This document shows, piece after piece, positions 1 to 11,212 of a DNA stretch of 64,000 bases; the first letter of the stretch is position 1, and every line of letters begins with the position of its first letter. The stretch is taken from the NCBI RefSeq assembly GCF_018350175.1, contig NC_058383.1, forward strand, positions 5,706,001-5,770,000, read 5' to 3'. Under the pieces are notes generated by a model. That model ran no database searches. It was not told the DNA's origin and saw only the letters and a program-made list of their open reading frames with translations. Source of the stretch: Felis catus. Taxonomy: Eukaryota. The position numbers were made by a program, and so were the translations under genes.

Positions 1-1237
1 GAGAACTTAGTTTTCAACAGCTCTTTCAAGCCTGGTTCTCTGATTATTTAACAGCCCTGTGCAACAACAGAACGTGGCCATCAGACCCTCCAGCTTCAGT
101 CCCAAGGACCACTCCCCCAAGCCCTCCAGGGAGAAGTCGGTGTCTCAGAACATCACAGGGTAGCTACAGAACTGTGGGGCTGGTGGGCCCAGGAACATTG
201 TATGGTAGGCAGCTCCCAGGATTGGGTGTTTAGTATACTTAATTAAGCCTAAGAATCCTGGTGTTTTAAGACTACATGTAACTGACAATAACAGTTGTAC
301 ATAAAAATTAAGTATAAAAGTATTAAGATGCTTTGCCAGCTGCCATGGATCCCAGCATCTGGCTGAGACAGAACATACCTTTCCCCAACATCATCAGCTG
401 GTTTAAAAATTTTAGTTTAGGAAAAATAAATTATCAGCCTGGCTGGGCATAAAAACTTTTGAGATACAAAATCCCAGGACCGCGTACCAGGCAGGCCTGA
501 GTCATGCTACATGCTTCTCCGCCATCATGTTTCTAGATCAGGCTTTTAAATGGAACACTGTTCTATTTTTGTATGATCTATACCTGATTGTCCAAAATGG
601 TAGCCACTGCCTGCATGACCCAGTCCTGGGACATTTCTGTCCAATCCTCTAACTGTTATGAGTCACTGATCAGCCCTGCCCATGCCCTGACACTGGAGGA
701 TTAGATCCTGTGCCTCCGGCTGCTCTGGCAAGAGGCTACCGAGCTGAGGCGGCCGGTTCCAATGCCAGGAGCTTCCAGGGCTCCTGAGATCACTTCTGGG
801 GAGCAGAACCAGTTCTCGTGTGCCTCCCCGCAGCAGGCCCGCAGGTTTTAGTTATGTTCGCGGAACTCCTGATCTGGCTTGCCAGTGATGAAACGCAGTC
901 GCTCGGCTAACAGAACGGGGTCAGCAGAGGAGCACGTGAGGGTGTCCGCCGTTGGAGGTGTGGGGTTTTTTCTTTGGCAGTTTGCATAGGATCTTGAAAT
1001 AGGACTTCAAAACGTCAGTGACAGAAATGGAATATCAATCATTTAATCTCACTGTGCAACTGGGAAGCACTCTGTATGTATTTTGGGGTCATTACTCTCT
1101 GGTCTTACAGATAAGGAAAACTGAGTTTCCTGAAGAGGGTGATGGGGGAGAGCGCCCCTGAAGTCGTGGCCGGCAGTATCTTGTTCAGGGAGGCCCTCTG
1201 ACTTTGTGGGCGTTGCTGATTTTTAAAAACCAGTTAG

Positions 1238-1453
1238 GGGGCGCCTGGGTGGCTCAGTCGGTTAAGCGTCCGACTTCAGCTCAGGTCACGATCTCGCGGT
1301 TCGTGAGTTCGAGCCCCGCATCGGGCTCTGGGCTGATGGCTCAGAGCCTGGAGCCTACTTCCGATTCTGTGTCTCCCTCTCTCTCTGCCCCTCCCCTGTT
1401 CATGCTCTGTCTCTCTCTGTCCCAAAAATAAATAAACGTTAAAAAAAAAAAAA
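1238..1453 (+). mobile_element. Young felid CAN-SINE (SINEC_Fc-like)
   Basis: Full-length, CpG-intact, A tail, TSD TTAAAAACCAGTTAG on both sides. Confidence 0.93.
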
Positions 1454-1902
1454 TTAAAAACCAGTTAGTATTTTCTTGTGACCTTTATGAACTGGTGTTC
1501 TCCATTACTCTCCAGACCACAAAACCGAAGCAGCTATCATCGTTACCTGCCAGTACCTCAGGAAGAGCGTAGAGGGGACAGTGGGACCTGTCATACAGAG
1601 TGTTCTGATGGGGGAGGGGCAGGACACACCGATGCACGGCCAGCTGAGGTGTCGGAACCATTTCTCAATCTGAAGGACTCCTAGTCCTTCGCTCTGTGTC
1701 TCCCTCTCCTCCATCTCCCAAGGCCCCACAGTCCACCCCACGGTCTGGGAGCTTAGAGAGCTGGGCTGGCAGCCTTCCTGTAGCACACCAGCCCAGGCAG
1801 CAGCATGGGGCTCGTCTGGCACTCATAAATGCCTGGTCTGAGAAAGTGTTCTGATCCTACTGTGTGCAGGTGCTGGGGAGGGAGGGTAAAATATCTGTGT
1901 GC

Positions 1903-2655
1903 GGGGTGCCTGGGTGGTTCAGCCAGTTGAGCATCTGAGTCTCGATTTCGGCTCAGGCCATGATCTCACAGTCTGTGAGTTCAAGCCCTCATAGGGCTCT
2001 GCACTAACAGGGCAGAATCTGGTTGGGATTCTCTCTCCACTCTTCTCTCTCTGCCCCCCCCCCCCCATGCTCTCTCTCAAAAAAAAAAAAATTAAATAAA
2101 TCAATCAAAAAATTGAAAAAACAGATTTGCCTATATTTTTCTCAAGAAGATCTACTGAAGTGCTAACAGCAGTCATCTTGAAGGTGAAGTTATGGATAGT
2201 TTCTAACAGAACAAAAGTTCTTTGGTTATTTTTATAAGTAGCAAATTGTGTTACTTTAAAAAGAGGTATTTTGGGGGCACCTGAGTCAGTTAAGCATCCA
2301 ACTCCTGATTTTGGCTCAGGTCAGGATCTCACAGTTATGGGATTGCATCCTCCATCGGGCTCCATGCTGAACATGAGCCTGCTTAAGATTCTCTCTCCCT
2401 GTCCCCTGTGTGTACTCTAAATAAATAAATAATCAGGAAGTATTTTAGGGGCACCTGGGTGGCGCAGTCGGTTAAGCGTCCGACTTCAGCCAGGTCACGA
2501 TCTCGTGGTCCGTGAGTTCGAGCCCTGCGTCAGGCTCTGGGCTGATGGCTCAGAGCCTGGAGCCTGTTTCCGATTCTGTGTCTCCCTCTCTCTCTGCCCC
2601 TCCCCTGTTCATGCTCTGTCTCTCTCTGTCCCAAAAATAAATAAACGTTGAAAAG
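1903..2655 (+). mobile_element. Three tandem CAN-SINEs (~1903-2120, ~2273-2433, ~2448-2655)
   Basis: GGGGCRCCTGGGTGGCTCAG-type heads, CT tracts, A tails. Confidence 0.9.
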
Positions 2656-2799
2656 AAGTATTTTAAATAAGGTATAATGATTAGATATTTTAACTTGGAC
2701 TTTGCTCTTTAACTTAGGTCCACAGCTGTGATGGCCCAGTAGCGTTACAGGAAATCTCATTTCAGCAAGTGTTTATCTAGCAAACAGCAGCATTTGGGG

Positions 2800-3060
2800 A
2801 ATGAATAAATGAATGAATGAATGAATAAATAAATATGTGTATATATATATATATACACACACATATGTATATAGTTTTCTTTTATGTATAATATAGTTGA
2901 AATAGTTGTTTTCATTTATGTATAATAGATATTATACATATATGTTGTATACAATACATATATGTATGTGTATATACATGTATATATATGTACAGTATAT
3001 ATGTGCATTATATATACATACATATTAATATATATAATACATAAATGAAAACTATTTCAA
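2800..3060. repeat. (GAAT)n followed by TA/CA-rich low-complexity tract containing an inverted repeat
   Basis: Read directly from sequence. Confidence 0.85.
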
Positions 3061-3272
3061 TAGGGATAAATGTTACTAATTCGAGAGCATCCTTATTTCT
3101 GTCTCAAGAGTGGGGTAATTTATCAATTTATTTGTAGTAGAATCCGAGACAAAATTTTCACCATAAAGCCATATCTATGTTAAATATAGTAGAGCATGAA
3201 ATATATATACACAGATGAAAACATTTTTATCATAAGTGAGAAGAAGGGTCTCTCAAATTGTACTTTGTCCTT

Positions 3273-3802
3273 TTCTTTTCTTTTTTTTTTTTTTTAAAGA
3301 AAGAGAGCTGAAATGCATGAGGAGCAGAGAGAGAATCCCACACAGGCTCTGTGCTGACAGCACAGAGCCTGAAGTGGGGCTTGAGTTCACCTGTGTACTC
3401 TGTACTTTAAAAATCCATAAGTAACTTTGTCTTTAAGGAATAAAAATACATAATACCCTGATTATTTTACATTATTCAGAATGTTTTTCTAGTAGTTCAC
3501 ATGTATAACTTAATTATAGGTAAGAATGTTTTTTTTTTTTTTTAATGTTGGCATTTCAAAGATCTGGAACTCAGAATTACATAAATTATCAAAAAAACTC
3601 CTGGGGCCCTGGGTGGCTCAGTTAGTTGAACGTCTGGACTTAGGCTCAGGTCATGATCCTGGGTTTGTGAGTTCAAGCCTCATGTCGAGCCCTGTGCTGA
3701 TAGCTCGGAGCCTGGAGCCTGCTTTGGATTGTTTTTCCCTCTCTCCCTGCCTCTCCCCTGCTCATGCTCTCTCTCAAAAATAAACATTGGAAAAAAAAAA
3801 AA
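3273..3802. mobile_element. Partial minus-strand SINE (~3273-3390) and plus-strand SINE (~3603-3802)
   Basis: CAN-SINE consensus similarity. Confidence 0.8.
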
Positions 3803-4679
3803 GCTCCAGCATACATTAACGTGAGCAAACCAGAACTGCTTCCAAAGTGAAGACAGGACGATGGTTTCTCCAAGCAGGCCACAGTGGTCACTAGCTCCGT
3901 CAGTTCTTACCTCTTAAATAACTTGTCATCCCTTCCCATCTCCACCGAATGCGACTCCCATCGCCCTCATTCCCTGGACAACTGCACCACCTCCTGCCTG
4001 TCACCAGGCCCCAGCGCACACCCTGAGGGCCATCAGCAGATGCCTGCCGTGCAGGAGGACACAGGAAGGACGACGCATGGCCCAGACATCCTGGCTCGGT
4101 GTGCTTTTCTCCCAGCCTGTCCCTCCCACCGCCTGTCTGGCTGTGGCCCCGGACCGCACGTAGCCACCACGGTTCCCACAATGCACATCTGGAAGGCTTT
4201 GTTTGGCCAGAGCTCTTCCTTTAGAACTTGGCTCAAATGCTTGCGACCAAGAAGCCACCCCTGGTGCTTGCCAGGAGCCCGAGCCCTCCCTCCCCTCCCC
4301 CCCCACGTCACATCTTTGCCCCCCACACTTTCACATGGCTCCACTGCTCACTGGACTCCACTCCTAGGCTGCTCTTCTTCCTGTTTGTTTCCCAAGGGCT
4401 AGCACAGGGCCTGGACCATGCATGGTAAGTTTGTCAATCAATGCTCAATGGATGAATTCCAACGTGAAGGCCTCACCGTGGTCCACAGATCCCTTCTACA
4501 CTGTACATCTTCACACAGCATTTAACTGTCTTTAAAAAAGAAGTATGGTTGGTCACAGTTGTCTGATGCCACGGAAACATTAGTTACCAAAGTTATGCGA
4601 CCTCACTACAGGCATTGACTCCTTTGCCTGTTGGAAGTACTAAACATGCCTTTTTTATGGAAGGTTTCAGTTATTAATT

Positions 4680-5158
4680 GGGGCATGTGGGTGACTCAGT
4701 CGGTTAAGCACCTGACTTTGGCTCAGGTCATGAACTCAGGTTTGTGAGTTCGAGTCCCACATTGGGTGAGTTTGAACCCTGCTTCCAGTGAGCACTGCTT
4801 CTCTCTCTCTCTCTGCCCCTCGTGGGATTCTCTCTCTCCCTCCCTCACTTGCTCCCTCTCCCTCTCTCTCAAAAAAAAAAAAAAGAGTTCATCAGCATTC
4901 ATTATTCTGACACTTGCAAAGTGAATGATAACTAAAAGCACCACTGGAACCCATACAAAGAAAGCATTTTCGTTAAGATATTTGGGGCTTCTAAATGTTA
5001 TATGAGGGACAGCTGGGTGGCTCAGTGGGTTAAATCTGACTCTTGATTTCAACTAGGTCATGATCTCACAGTTAGTGGGATTGAGCCCTGCAGCCCTGCT
5101 TGGGATTCTCTCTCTGCCCCTTTCCCCACTCTCTAATATAAAAACATTTTTAAAAAAT
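4680..5158 (+). mobile_element. Two CAN-SINEs (~4680-4883, ~5006-5158)
   Basis: tRNA-derived head, CT tract, A tail. Confidence 0.85.
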
Positions 5159-5689
5159 GTTACATGAAACCAAACATTAATGGCTGCTAAGATGAAACAC
5201 TAGAAAAATGTCTTCTGGCTTACAAGACAGAAATAGGGGGCCTGACTGTAGTATCAGGGTGATGCTGGCCTCAGAATGAATTAGGAAGTGTTTCCTCCTG
5301 TTCAATTTTTGGGAAAATGTTTGAGAAGGATGGTATTAGCTATTCTTTATTATGTTGGGCAGGAGAAAACAGGATTTTTCATTGTATCCAATTCAGCATA
5401 ATAACAACTGCATCAGTACTTTTGTCATAAAGCTTTACTGACACGGTAACAATACCGAAAGTTTTCTAAAACCGAGACTGTGTTGGCTAAAATGTCAGTG
5501 TTTTCGCTTATAATTTCAGTGTTAACTATGATTTTGGGGCAAGGTTCTTTTATCTTAAAAGACATTACGTAGCCTTAAAGTAATGGAGCAAGGCGGTTAT
5601 TATCAAAGCTGCTGATACCATAAAAAGAGAGATAACTAGACATATGTCCCCCTGGATGGACTAGCCACCACCACCACCGATGAAACGCT

Positions 5690-6545
5690 CTAACAAAACA
5701 GGCAAGGAAACAAAACAATAATACCGAATCTGATCAAGGCCGAGAATACAGGAGAAAGGGGAATGCAGTAAAGGACACCACGGGATTGCATTCAGCAAAA
5801 TTGAGCCTGGGGACACCCTCCAGGACAATAATCTGGTTCTTCCAGGTAAATTACAAGGAAAAAGATATGAAGAGACTCGTAGGTACAAACACTCATCATG
5901 AGGCTTGGTGACCAATTACAGTGTATGCAGCTGGTCTGGATCCAGATTCAAACTATACTGTAAAAATTTTAATAAGACAATCAGAACTTTGATGATTGAG
6001 GAATGATGATTGATGACATTGAGGAATTACTGTCAATTTTTAAAGATATGATAATTGGTATTGTGGTTGTATAAAAATGAAAGGTATTCTATTTAAAGAT
6101 AAAATTTTTAGGGGCGCCTGGGTGGCTTAGTCGGCTGAGCGTCCGGCTTTGGCTCAGGTCATGATCTCGCGGTTCGTGACTTCGACCCCGCGTCGGGCTC
6201 TGTACTGGCAGCTCGGAGCCTGGAGCCTGCTTCGGATTCTGTGTCTCCCTCTTTCTCTGCCCCCCACCCTCCCCGCTCATGCTCACTCGCGCGCATGTGC
6301 TCTCTGTCAAAAATAAACATTAAAAAAATTAGAAAATAAATAAAATGTATTATATTTAAGGCATTTATACGTGAAATGACACGAAGTCTGGGATTAACAC
6401 TGAAATGATGGAGTGGCTGGGGGCAAGGTGAAAAAGACTGGTAAATGACCTGGTAATTGTGAAAGCTGGGGGTGAGAGGATCAGGTCATTAGATATCTGA
6501 CTCTTTCCACTTTTGTATATGTTTGAATTTTTCCCTAAGAAAAAG
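5690..6545 (+). mobile_element. Old L1M 3' end fragment interrupted by a CAN-SINE (~6111-6345)
   Basis: L1MC/ME-like 3' motifs (GATATGATAATTGGTATTGTGG; CTTTTGTATATGTTTGAATTTTTCC); SINE consensus. Confidence 0.65.
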
Positions 6546-7759
6546 CTGAACATCAAAAACAGGAGAAGGCATTACAGACAGGTCACACCAGGACAGCATA
6601 CCTTGGTATTCCTGGATCCTGAGTTTTGTGACATGCACTTGTAAGGTTTGTTTCCCCTGGTAAAAGGAATTGTATGCTTTTCAAAATGCCTTAAAGTCCT
6701 TTCCAAACGCTGTGAATATTGCTTTAAAATGTACGAGGGCCTTTAATAAAACAGCATTTGATATCTTTGTCCTTCCAAGTGATTTCTTTTCCACGACAAC
6801 AGAATGGAAAAGCTCCATTTCCAAAAGCTGTGTGTCATTCTTCTGAAAATAATTTTTGAGTTAGGTATTCGGAGTAACTTGGAATAATAAAGGTGCAAAC
6901 GATTACCATACAGTATGCTTCTCTGAGAGGAGCCAGACACAGACATTTTTGAATGAAATTGCAAAACCTTGCACTTCCTGGATCAGAACACGCCACTGCA
7001 GCTTATGAGGAAGTAGGCATGTTTCAAAACACCCGAAGGCTCGCACACTGAAACACGGGGCACGTTTGTTAAGAGTGCCCATCCCATGTAATCCAGAGAC
7101 TGCGCCCAGGCACCATTCACAGCTGAACAGAGGCCGCCAGGGGTGCTGACAGCTGGGGCAGGGCTGTGGCTGGGGCAGGGCTGCCTCACACACCCCGTGA
7201 GAAGCAGGGAGATGCCTCAGCGTGCACTACTGAAAGGACCACACAATAACTGGAAGATAAAAATCACAGTAGCCCAGAATCACTGCACCCAAGTGCGCGT
7301 GGACCACCCACAGTGCCCGGGGGCGTTTCCAGGTGGAAGCCGGCAGCCCCCAGGAGTCCAGCCCACACTCTGGCCCTCACCTCCCCGGCTCCTTCCCACT
7401 GCAACCATGCAGCCTCACGGAGGTCCGGACGCCACCTGCCCCCTCCTTTCCCACCCTCCGGTACCGTCTGTCCATGGCCATGCCTGGATTCCATGGTCTG
7501 GAACACCACAGCCCCACCCCTGCAAACACCTGGAACTCTCTGCTCCTCCTCCAGCCCCACCACCTGGTAACCCTCCAACACTTAATTACTTCTTGCCTGA
7601 GCTGCGCAGCGGCATGTTGCTGGACAAACGACCGTACCTCCTGGCTTTGTCTGAGATCATGACCCCAAATTGTAAACAGGCATCGGCATACTGCGACTAC
7701 CTTTCTGGAGCACAGGCACCTTCTCACTCCTCAAAATGCCTGTGTCACAGATTCTCTTT

Positions 7760-8575
7760 CTTGAGACTTGCTCACTCTGCCCCCATCGGCTAATGATCTC
7801 ACTTCCCTGGCCGACAGAGTGGATGTCCTCAGTTGGGCACTCCCTGTGTGTCCCTTTTCCTGGCCCTGCCACCGAATCTGCCAGGTGTGCTCTTCTGGCC
7901 TTCCAGGCCACTGTCCTTTTCTCTATCCTGCCCCTCCTTTGTGATATAGTCTGTCCTGAGACAAAACTGACAACACGCACCCCTTTCTCGATTCTCTGCC
8001 ATCCTGGAATCATGGCCTCGTTCTCAGAGTGTACCAAGTACGTGCCCTCCTCTGCTCCTGTGTCTGGGAATCTCTCCCCTTGAACCCTGCATGATGGGCT
8101 CCTCGCCATTCAGGTCTCAGCTTCGACATTGCCTCCTCGGGGGTGCGGATATGGTCACGTGCTGCCCAGATCCCACTCAGGACCCAGAGACTGGTACTGG
8201 GCTGCAGGGGGGTGCTGCCCTTGGTCATCCAGGCTCTTCAGGAAATCGCCCTGGCTAAAGCCCTCGCGCCCTAGATGTTCTCGCAGTCTTGCTTCTCCCC
8301 TGCCCGATGCCGCGCCCTCTCTCACAGGGGCGCACCCTCGGGATCCCTCATAAGTGCCTGCATGCAAACCTGGGACATCCATCTGAGCTGTCACTCCTTC
8401 CCCTCTATCCCTTCACCTTGCTGTGATTGTCTGCATGGCCTCCATCACCGCCCACTTCCTCTCAGTAGAATGTAGGTTCCAGCAGAGCCAGGAATTGGTG
8501 TCGCTCATCTCTGTACCTCGAGAGCCCACACCAGGGACCGGGGCTCGGCAGACACAGCTGCCCAAGGAATGAGGG
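7760..8575 (+). mobile_element. Degenerate L2 LINE 3' fragment
   Basis: L2-like 3' end (AGAATGTAGGTTCCAGCAGAGCCAGGAA...TCATCTCTGTACCTC). Confidence 0.55.
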
Positions 8576-8709
8576 GGCTCTGGGCACCCATGGCCCCTCT
8601 GGTCTTTCTTATAGGGTTGTTTAGGATTCTAGAGAACGTACATGAAGCAGTGTTTCCCCAGCACATGGTGCACACTAAACACCTTCTGAAGGCACTGAGA
8701 TATAGTTAC

Positions 8710-8730
8710 CATTCTTAACCTGAAGTCTCC
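8710..8730 (-). CDS. Candidate alternative 21-nt microexon (GDFRLRM) in intron 12
   Basis: Pyrimidine-rich tract plus AG, 21 stop-free nt in phase 0, then ATG|gtaact donor. Confidence 0.3.
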
Positions 8731-9058
8731 CTTCAGGGAACAGTATGAAAATTGAAGGAAATGCAGAAAAAGGTGAAGTGACTGGCGGACTGGAGCCAGG
8801 ACCAAAGGTGAGGAGAGAGTAAAACCTGATACCATCTGATAAACTGCATTTACAGATAAAATACAAACAGAAGAGGGACCGAGTTTAGGAAGCTGAGCAG
8901 CAGTGTGACAGAGAAGGGAACGCAGAAGAGACGGACACACGGCCTGCCCCCAGCCCACCCCACGGTTGCAACCTTCGTCCCTGTGGGAACGACAGCCCAC
9001 ACCCCCCACTGCCATTCAGGAGTTGGGTCACAGCGGGTCACGCTGAAGTTCCACTCAC

Positions 9059-9239
9059 AGGAGAGGTGCTTTCTGGTTTGGACACCGGTGCTTTAAAGGT
9101 AGAAATACTTTTGGAAATGTCTGCTCTCTTATCTGCAGCCGCTTCCAGGGACAGACATTGCAAGTAATCTGGCGGGGGGATGACCACGCTGCTTTTCTCG
9201 GATAAGTTCACGGTGCTGATGCTTCTCACTGGCGCTGGG
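9059..9239 (-). CDS. BAIAP2L1: BAIAP2L1 exon 12 (181 nt, PPPDY motif)
   Basis: (S)[60 protein letters not shown]; tag acceptor, gtgagt donor. Confidence 0.96.
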
Positions 9240-9864
9240 CTAACAACCAACAGGCAGAGAATGTGCATTACATAAGATCCCACCATCTGAACCCCGAACA
9301 TCCTGAACATCCTATGGCCAGAACTGCAACAGATTAACAACCACACAGGGTGTGGGGAGGAGAGGACACATAACAGACCTCTATGTAAAAAGTACTGTCA
9401 TGTCTTCACCGGTTTATAAATGTGCACTCAAAAGAAAACTAGCTTAATTCAGGGCTGGCTCTTGATTAATTTAAGGAGATCGATAAGAAAATGAAGACTA
9501 AAAAGTGTTGAGCACTTCAGATTAAAACAAAACAAAAAGAACCTCAGCATTTTGACATCGTAAACACGATACCTAGTTTCATTCCTTGGCCCAGTGGCTG
9601 TTGAGCTACACGGCCAGGGATGAGGATACAGAGACGACACTGATCAGGACTTGGGGGCATCAACTGTGGTGCTCAAAGGTGCACCGGGACAGCTAGATGG
9701 GATGCAGGGCTTCCCTGAGGCGGGAACCACTGAGGATGTGCCAGTTTAGGGTAAAGATGAGGGTAGTCTGGAGGGGTCACTTCTGAGGACCCCACGGGGC
9801 AGCCGACTACAACTGTGCAACAGACATGCAAGTTTCACAGCCAGGTGTGGGAAAGACCTTCCTG

Positions 9865-9990
9865 GGTTTTAGCCTTGGCTCCACCTTTCTGTGCCTCGGT
9901 TTCCTCAATTTTAAAGCGGCGACCTACCTCATAAGGCTGTTCTGAGAATTAAATGAGCTAGTCAGTGTAAGGCATGTTGGCGCTTCCTAA
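9865..9990 (+). mobile_element. MIR SINE
   Basis: Core CTGTGCCTCGGTTTCCTCA...CCTACCTCATAAGGCTGTTCTGAGAATTAAATGAG. Confidence 0.8.
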
Positions 9991-10287
9991 GTGGCAATGA
10001 CCATGATGGTCGCCTTGGATTTAGTAACCAGTTGGGGGGGGGGGTGTGGTGGGTGGTTCCAGAGGGCTGACGGGGTGAGGAGCAGAGTCTGGGGACATGC
10101 CCTCACAGCAGAAGCCACAAGGGAAACAGCCGCGGGTAACAATCCCCCTTTCGTACTCTCCTACACCATCGGAGGTTTCCCTGTGGGGCTGGCTCCATAT
10201 GCAGATGGAATTCTGATATGGCCGAGAACATGCGGTCAAAGGTGAGTTTGTGGTCACTGGGAAATGGGAGCCACAGTCAGGTCCTAC

Positions 10288-10365
10288 CTTGGTGTGGGCA
10301 CACTCATGGCCTCCTTTGCATCTTCTTCCAGCAACTTCGTGTAAGATGCCGGGAACCAACCCCTC
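10288..10365 (-). CDS. BAIAP2L1: BAIAP2L1 exon 11 (78 nt, end of SH3)
   Basis: (A)RGWFPASYTKLLEEDAKEAMSVPTP; tag acceptor, gtagga donor; phase 2-2. Confidence 0.96.
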
Positions 10366-11004
10366 CTACAGGTGAGTGAGGAAAAAAACCTGATCGTGGG
10401 GTCAGCAGCAGAGAAATGGACAATAAACACACGACGGGGGGACTTGGGGCAGCTCCAGAGCAGACCAATTCCTTTTCACCATGTTACATGATGTCTATCT
10501 TATACACAGCATTTATTTTATTTGGATTCTCTTTTTGGCTTTTTTTCCACATTTATTTAATAGGTAAATAATCTACACAGAAACCAACTTAACCACCTTA
10601 CAGTAAAGCCTATGCACCTGCTTGTTGAAATGAGGGCACTAGCCTTTAAACTATTTGTGGGCTAAATCTTAACAAAATCTAATGTGCATATTATCCTTGA
10701 GAAATCCAAAGTCACATTAAAAAAAAGGAAGAGAAAGAGTATTTAAAGTACTTTCTGAGGCGACTTCATATGATCTATTCAAGAATCAAACTCATCTGCA
10801 GATGCACAGACATACAGAAAATGGCCCGGAACAGAGTATAACTCCGATGAACTAAACTACAACCGTAACTAAACTAGGAACTTAACTTTGGTAAAAATAC
10901 TACAGTGACCACAAGGACTCTGCTGCTCAACGGAGATATAGCGGTTCCCTGAAGCAGCGGGCGGTCCTGACTCCCGCGCGGGCAGCATCTACCCCAAGAC
11001 TTAC

Positions 11005-11212
11005 GCTTTAGTGGTGTCATGCTCCCCATAAAGCCAGCCGTCTTTCTCCTCGGGGACGAGCAGCGTGAGGACATCTCCCTGGGCGAAGCTGAGCAAGCTC
11101 TGGTTCGCGCCTGCGGTGTGTGGGAAGATGGTTTTCACCTTCTGCTTCTTCATCATGTTCAGTCCGGTTGCGACAGAAACCGATCGCTGTAAACTGGGAT
11201 CATCTGAAGAAT
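11005..11212 (-). CDS. BAIAP2L1: BAIAP2L1 exon 10 (208 nt, most of the SH3 domain)
   Basis: (D)[68 protein letters not shown]; cag acceptor, gtaagt donor. Confidence 0.97.

Noticed and set aside
1238..1325. tRNA-like A/B-box sequences
   Set aside because: tRNA-derived SINE heads followed by SINE bodies and tails; not tRNA genes
1204..1431. Recurrent 'AQSVKRPTSAQV...' ORF family across the window
   Set aside because: Translation of the CAN-SINE consensus, not a gene family
7143..8475. Cluster of overlapping 70-216 aa ORFs
   Set aside because: GC-rich intronic and L2-derived sequence, open in several frames on both strands, with no recognisable protein
1..9058. BAIAP2L1 terminal exons (..[30 protein letters not shown]) and the neighbouring BRI3 gene
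   Set aside because: I could not find matching codons by eye. They are most likely outside the window, so this is not evidence of exon loss.
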